Of a stretch of 64,000 nt of DNA, positions 60,201 to 64,000 are shown in pieces (positions within the stretch are counted from its first letter, which is position 1; each line of letters begins with the position of its first letter). This stretch comes from Amoebophrya sp. A120 (lineage: Eukaryota > Protista > Dinoflagellata). A program made the translations under genes and the position numbers. A model generated the notes under the pieces. The model was given only the letters and a program-made list of their open reading frames with translations, was not told the DNA's origin and ran no database searches. The stretch is from contig CAJINV010000011.1 in the NCBI GenBank assembly GCA_905178155.1, positions 2,460,746 to 2,524,745 of the forward strand, read 5' to 3'.

Positions 60201-62707
60201 AGCACAACTCGGTACTTGCCATCGAATCCGGCATGCACGCGGAGGCGCAGGCGACGCAGCGGACGCAGGCCAACACGAGCGGGAACAACAGCATCGTGGA
60301 GCACGACTTGCTGAACGCCTTGGATGCGGAGTTCCGGGAGGTTAGAGCGACCTTTCGGTTGTTGGAGAAAACTACTCCTACAGATAGTTGTACTACTAGC
60401 AGCCACAACTCCGACGGTACTATCAAGCAGGTAGACACTTTCACCCCGGTCTGCAACCTGGAGGCCTACCCGCTCCGGTGGAACTTGTTCAAGCTGTTCC
60501 AGCGGCTCGCGGACATCCAGCACTGCGCCAGTTTCATGTCGACCGCGGAAGCGATGAAATTCCCCGCGCGGGTGAACGGCTTGCGCCGCGTCCCGCTGTC
60601 CGACTGGGCGCTGGAGTTCTGCATGGACGTCCAGGTCCCCGATTTGAGCGGCGTCCCGCGGTTGCACGGCTCGATGTTGAACTGTAGTGGGAGTGAGGAG
60701 TTGCGTTCCATGGCGGAGCAACTGATGCAGGACTTGCAAAGCGACTCCGAGCAGAAACAGCAGCACCCGTCGAAGAAAAGACGATTAAAGACCATCGACG
60801 AGGAGAACCGGGAAGATTTGTTGACCAACCAGGCCGTCGCGAGAGATCTCTATTCGACGGAAGCGTCGCTCTTCGGCCCGGAGAAAAACCACCCGTTTTT
60901 ACTATCAACTTTCTGCAGCAACAGTGAATCCGTGTTGGACTGCTTGGAACTCCTGTCCGTGCTGAAAAATTCCTATTTGAAAAGACACTACGCACCCCTG
61001 CAAGGCGACAACAGCAGCACCAGCGAGGACTTGATGATGCAATTTTCCGGGCAGCAGTTGATCCCCGGCGCGCCCACCGCGGTGGAGCAGGAACTAACGA
61101 ACGCGAGGGCGTTGAAGCACAACTCGCACAAATTCTGGATCAACCAGAAATTGGACCGGAAGTTGCGCGCTCAACTAGACGATCCGTTGTCCATCATCAC
61201 GGGGGCCTTGCCCTGGTGGGTACAAACGCTCGCACGGATTTGCCCGTTTCTCTTTTCCATCACGACGAGGAAGCTCCTTCTAAAATACACCGCTTTCGGC
61301 CAGGCCTACGGGATCCACTGGATCCAGGAGAACAAACTGGGGCCGTTCTTGAAGCGCCGGCAGACGCTGCAGACGGAACTGAACGCCGCGGCCATGGATC
61401 CGCGAAAAACGCAGATTTTGTCCCAAGAACTCTCGAACGTGGAGGAGCACATCATACGGAACAACCACTGGGTCGGTTCCTTGCAGGCGGCGCTCACGAA
61501 AATCGAGAAAAACGACCAGATCATCAAGATCGCGTCGATGGCGTTGCAAAGACTCCAAGTGTTCCCGTCGTGTTGTCGCACCATGGAGGTGCAGTTTGAG
61601 AACGAGACCGGTTTCGGCCACGCGGTGACGCAGTCGTTCTACGTGGAATTAGCCAACCGGTTGATCGAGCGGGAAGCGAACAGAATTACCCCAATGTGGG
61701 TCGAGGATGATGGGTCGTTGCGGGAAAACAACCTGCACGTGGGACAGATGTGTCGATCCGGCCTTTTAATCCGTCCACTGAAGGAAGTTCCGGCCAAGGT
61801 ATTGCAGCAGTTCGAGTTCTTCGGGAGGCTGGTCGGGAAAGCGCTAAGGGAGGGGTTTATCGTGCCCGTGCCCTTGTCCGAGGAATTTTTCGCTTTGGTC
61901 CGGGACATGGACGTGTCCAGTAGCTCCCTGCCCAGGCCGGGGACCGGGTACGACGGGGAGTTCGTCGGGTTGATGGCCGAGTACGTGCGAGACATCACGA
62001 CGCGAACCAGGTCAGCGCGAAACGCGGAAGAAAAATTGGAGATCATGAAGCAGGAGGCCTTGCGGAAAGATTTCCGGGAAAGGTACTTGCGGTCCAAAGA
62101 CATGGACAACTCACCAAGCAAGGCGCTAGCGGACCAACCATGCAGCTTCGCAGGTATAAGGAGTTTTTTGGTTTTACAGAATGACTTTTCAGAAGATGTT
62201 CGGTTTTCGTTTTTTTTGAATTAGAGTTAAACTACAGCGTCGACGAATTTTTACGATGGATCGTTCTGAAGCGCTTTGGTGGATGATACTTTCTTTTCCC
62301 TAGACGTGCTTTCGTTCTTGTCATGCCCATGCGGGAAAGGTGGGATCTCTTCGTTCTACATTGATGGTGTTTAGCAATACATCCTGAAACAACGTCGACA
62401 GATTACTGCTCCGACCTGGGCGCTTGTTTTCTCGAGACTGGTTTCAACGGTACCGAATTGATGGAGGATGGCGAGAACGTCGAGATCACCTTCGAGAACG
62501 TGGAGTCCTTCGTGCAGCAAGCCACGGACTTTTGGTTCAAGCGCGGCGTGGAGAAGCAGGTGAAGGCCTTCCAGAAGGGGTTCAACGACATCATGCCCCT
62601 GCAGTCACTGCAGTGCCTCTCACCCAAGGAGTTGATGGACATGATCTGCGGCGAAGATCAGATCGAGTGGGACCTCACCAGCCTGCAGGCGCACCTGCAT
62701 CCCAGTG
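45259..62707 (+). CDS. Very large HECT E3 ubiquitin ligase, UPL3/TRIP12/Ufd4-like (3' partial)
   Basis: WINQKLDRKLRAQLDDPL..GALPWWVQTLARICPFLFSITTR, MEVQFENETGFGHAVTQSFY, FEFFGRLVGKAL, GVEKQVKAFQKGFNDIMPL..LSPKELMDMICGE; also a ZZ-like Cys motif (WVCDG..DLCEKC) and an ankyrin-like repeat. GT-AG introns 50913-51182, 52368-52575, 57137-57405, 59601-59826, 62154-62401 plus at least 11 TIR insertions. Confidence 0.85.
45489..45749. mobile_element. Introner/MITE family A
   Basis: TATGAACTGCAAATATGTCTGGGTCTGGAAGAG TIR; repeat CATCT/GATCT. Confidence 0.9.
45798..46077. mobile_element. Introner/MITE family D
   Basis: TATCCT..GTAAAAACGTACCCAC.CCATAG TIR; repeat TGAAG/TGAAG; body near-identical to 58394-58676. 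Confidence 0.92.
46555..47045. mobile_element. Introner family A, reverse orientation, with doubled right end
   Basis: Repeat TGCGC/TGCGC; truncated internal right TIR near 46792-46813 and a second complete-tipped TIR at about 47009-47045. Confidence 0.85.
47189..48932. mobile_element. Long (about 1.74 kb) TIR element within the HECT gene
   Basis: AGCAGATACTTC...AATTTAAGCAGAT at 47210-47237 inverted at 48884-48911; TACT..AGTA tips; GC-rich palindromic interior; no clear 5-bp TSD. Confidence 0.72.
49063..50259. mobile_element. Long (about 1.2 kb) TIR element flanked by a 48-bp exonic direct repeat
   Basis: CGTTAGCAT..AGAAG.GGTGAATTTG.AGTGAATTT inverted at both ends; repeat at 49016-49063 and 50261-50308. 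Confidence 0.8.
50349..50610. mobile_element. Introner/MITE family A, reverse orientation
   Basis: Repeat GCACA/GCACA; near-identical reverse complement of 52679-52946. Confidence 0.93.
52679..52946. mobile_element. Introner/MITE family A
   Basis: Repeat CCTCG/CCTCG; excision restores ankyrin-like GCTLLFLAVLHNC. Confidence 0.93.
58394..58676. mobile_element. Introner/MITE family D
   Basis: Repeat TCCAT/TCCAT; homologous to 45798-46077. Confidence 0.9.
58747..58903. mobile_element. Introner/MITE family B
   Basis: TATGCATTGCAACAGTATCGTACTA ... TAGTACGATACTTTTGCACAGGATA; repeat AGCTG/AGCTG. Confidence 0.92.
58975..59190. mobile_element. Introner/MITE family E
   Basis: TATGA.AGTG.ACAAC.CCCC.TCCC.CTCATTTGTA TIR; repeat CGGCG/CGGCG; excision gives YDDGEDDFYY. 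Confidence 0.9.
59258..59401. mobile_element. Introner/MITE family B, reverse orientation
   Basis: Starts TATCCTGTGCAAAAG and ends CTTTTGCATTGCATA; repeat AGCCC/AGCCC. Confidence 0.9.
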
Positions 62708-64000
62708 GTACAAAGATACTATGATTGAAATTTAGGTCTTTTTCTTCGCACTTCTATCTTGCAACTGGTAAAATCAGAATCATGTTCAAACCATTTGGTT
62801 ACATTTTACAAACGGATTCGTCCAATTCGATTGGGATAGCGACTTTTCCAAAACTTTTGCTTTGACTTTTGGCAAAATCACTATTCTGATCGTCGGCAAT
62901 CCATGCTTTGCGAAAATTATTTGGACCGTGCTGCCTGTTGCTGGTAAGTCCGCACTTTGGGAGTGGCAGAGCATGAAAGGGCGGCACCTCTTCGCCGTGG
63001 CGTGTGCCCGCCAGCTGCCTGCCATTTTGATCGACGCCTCCAAGCAGGCTGCGGAAAATGCCACCCGCCGCGCATCGGACGGGCAGCGCCTCCGTGGTCG
63101 GTTGTTCGCGATTATTCGCAAGCGCTGTGGGGCCCTGTGCGCATTTTGTGCACCTTTTGAAGTAGTGCGTGGGCGCTGGCCTTTGGCCTTTCAGTATTCG
63201 CCCGTATGTTGATCGCCGCCTTGCGCTTCGGAAATGCCGAGGCGCGTCGGCCCTCTTCGCCCTGAGCGCCTTTTAAGTAAGCAATGGCACTGGCTGCCAG
63301 GGCCCGAATGGGCGCGCCGCCCCGCCGCGGTGTCTTGGATGGCACGCCGGCCGCGCGCTGTCCTACCTTTAGCCCCTTACTTTCTGGCCCGCCGCTTTCC
63401 CATTCTTACATTTACAAAACAGAGGCCGTCGCGCCCAGGCAGTAGTCTGTATCCTGCCCGCCCTTCCGCGGTTACGCGACGCGACCGAAGCGCGCGCCAA
63501 AGGCGCCCCCCTTTTGCAACCAACGGGCAGAGGCGGCTCCCCCGCTCGTCTCGTTAGCGGTGGCAGAAGTGTCAAGAGCCTGCGGTCGGGGGGCCACCCC
63601 GATGGCCGGCGCGTGATATGGGCCTATGGCGCGCTGTGGTGGCGCCACCTGTCTTCTGTTGCCCGTCTATTCTGCTTCGCCTGTTTGAACGAGAGAAGCA
63701 GAGAGGCAGCATACCATGCGGTCCGACGTCGGACCGCATGGTATGGCGTGCGATGGTGGGCCGACCTCTCGCGGCAGGCCGTTGGTGCGTGCGCCATCGC
63801 GATGTGTGGCCGACCTCTCCCGGTTGGGTGGGCTTCCTCGGTGGGGTGTTCTTTGGTTCAGGAAATGGCTAACGCAACTCCCCCGGGTGGCCCGGCCCAC
63901 AAGCGAGCCGGCGGGCGGGGGCCCCGTGGCCCCTCTGGTATGTTGCCCTCCAGCACGAGCCTGCGTGCCTGGGTGGTTTGCCTTCTCTTGTAAGATGTAG
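62708..64000. other. Long intron or probable further long element inside the HECT domain (right end outside the window)
   Basis: The HECT frame stops before the catalytic C-lobe; the following DNA is GC-rich, non-coding and palindrome-containing like the other long inserts. Confidence 0.5.

Overview
Eukaryotic, intron-containing genomic DNA, inferred to be from a syndinian dinoflagellate such as Amoebophrya. About 15 genes are recognisable and all lie on the + strand: a single-domain voltage-gated cation channel with EF-hands, a Cys-rich protein, a Spinster-like MFS transporter, a STELLO/DUF288 glycosyltransferase-like protein, DPH2, two tandem F-box-like paralogs, ribosomal protein eS1 (RPS3a), a p24/GOLD protein, several hypothetical proteins and a very large HECT E3 ligase that runs off the window end. 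The dominant feature is a set of at least 18 short (144-491 bp) and 3-4 long (1.2-1.7 kb) non-autonomous TIR elements with TA...TA termini, mostly flanked by 5-bp direct repeats. All sit inside coding sequence, in either orientation. Removing an element plus one repeat copy restores the reading frame, yet almost none can be read as GT-AG, so they behave as introner-type non-canonical introns. There is also a CRISPR-looking five-copy tandem array that is better explained as a double-guide box C/D snoRNA cluster. All coordinates and joins were read by eye; no searches were run.
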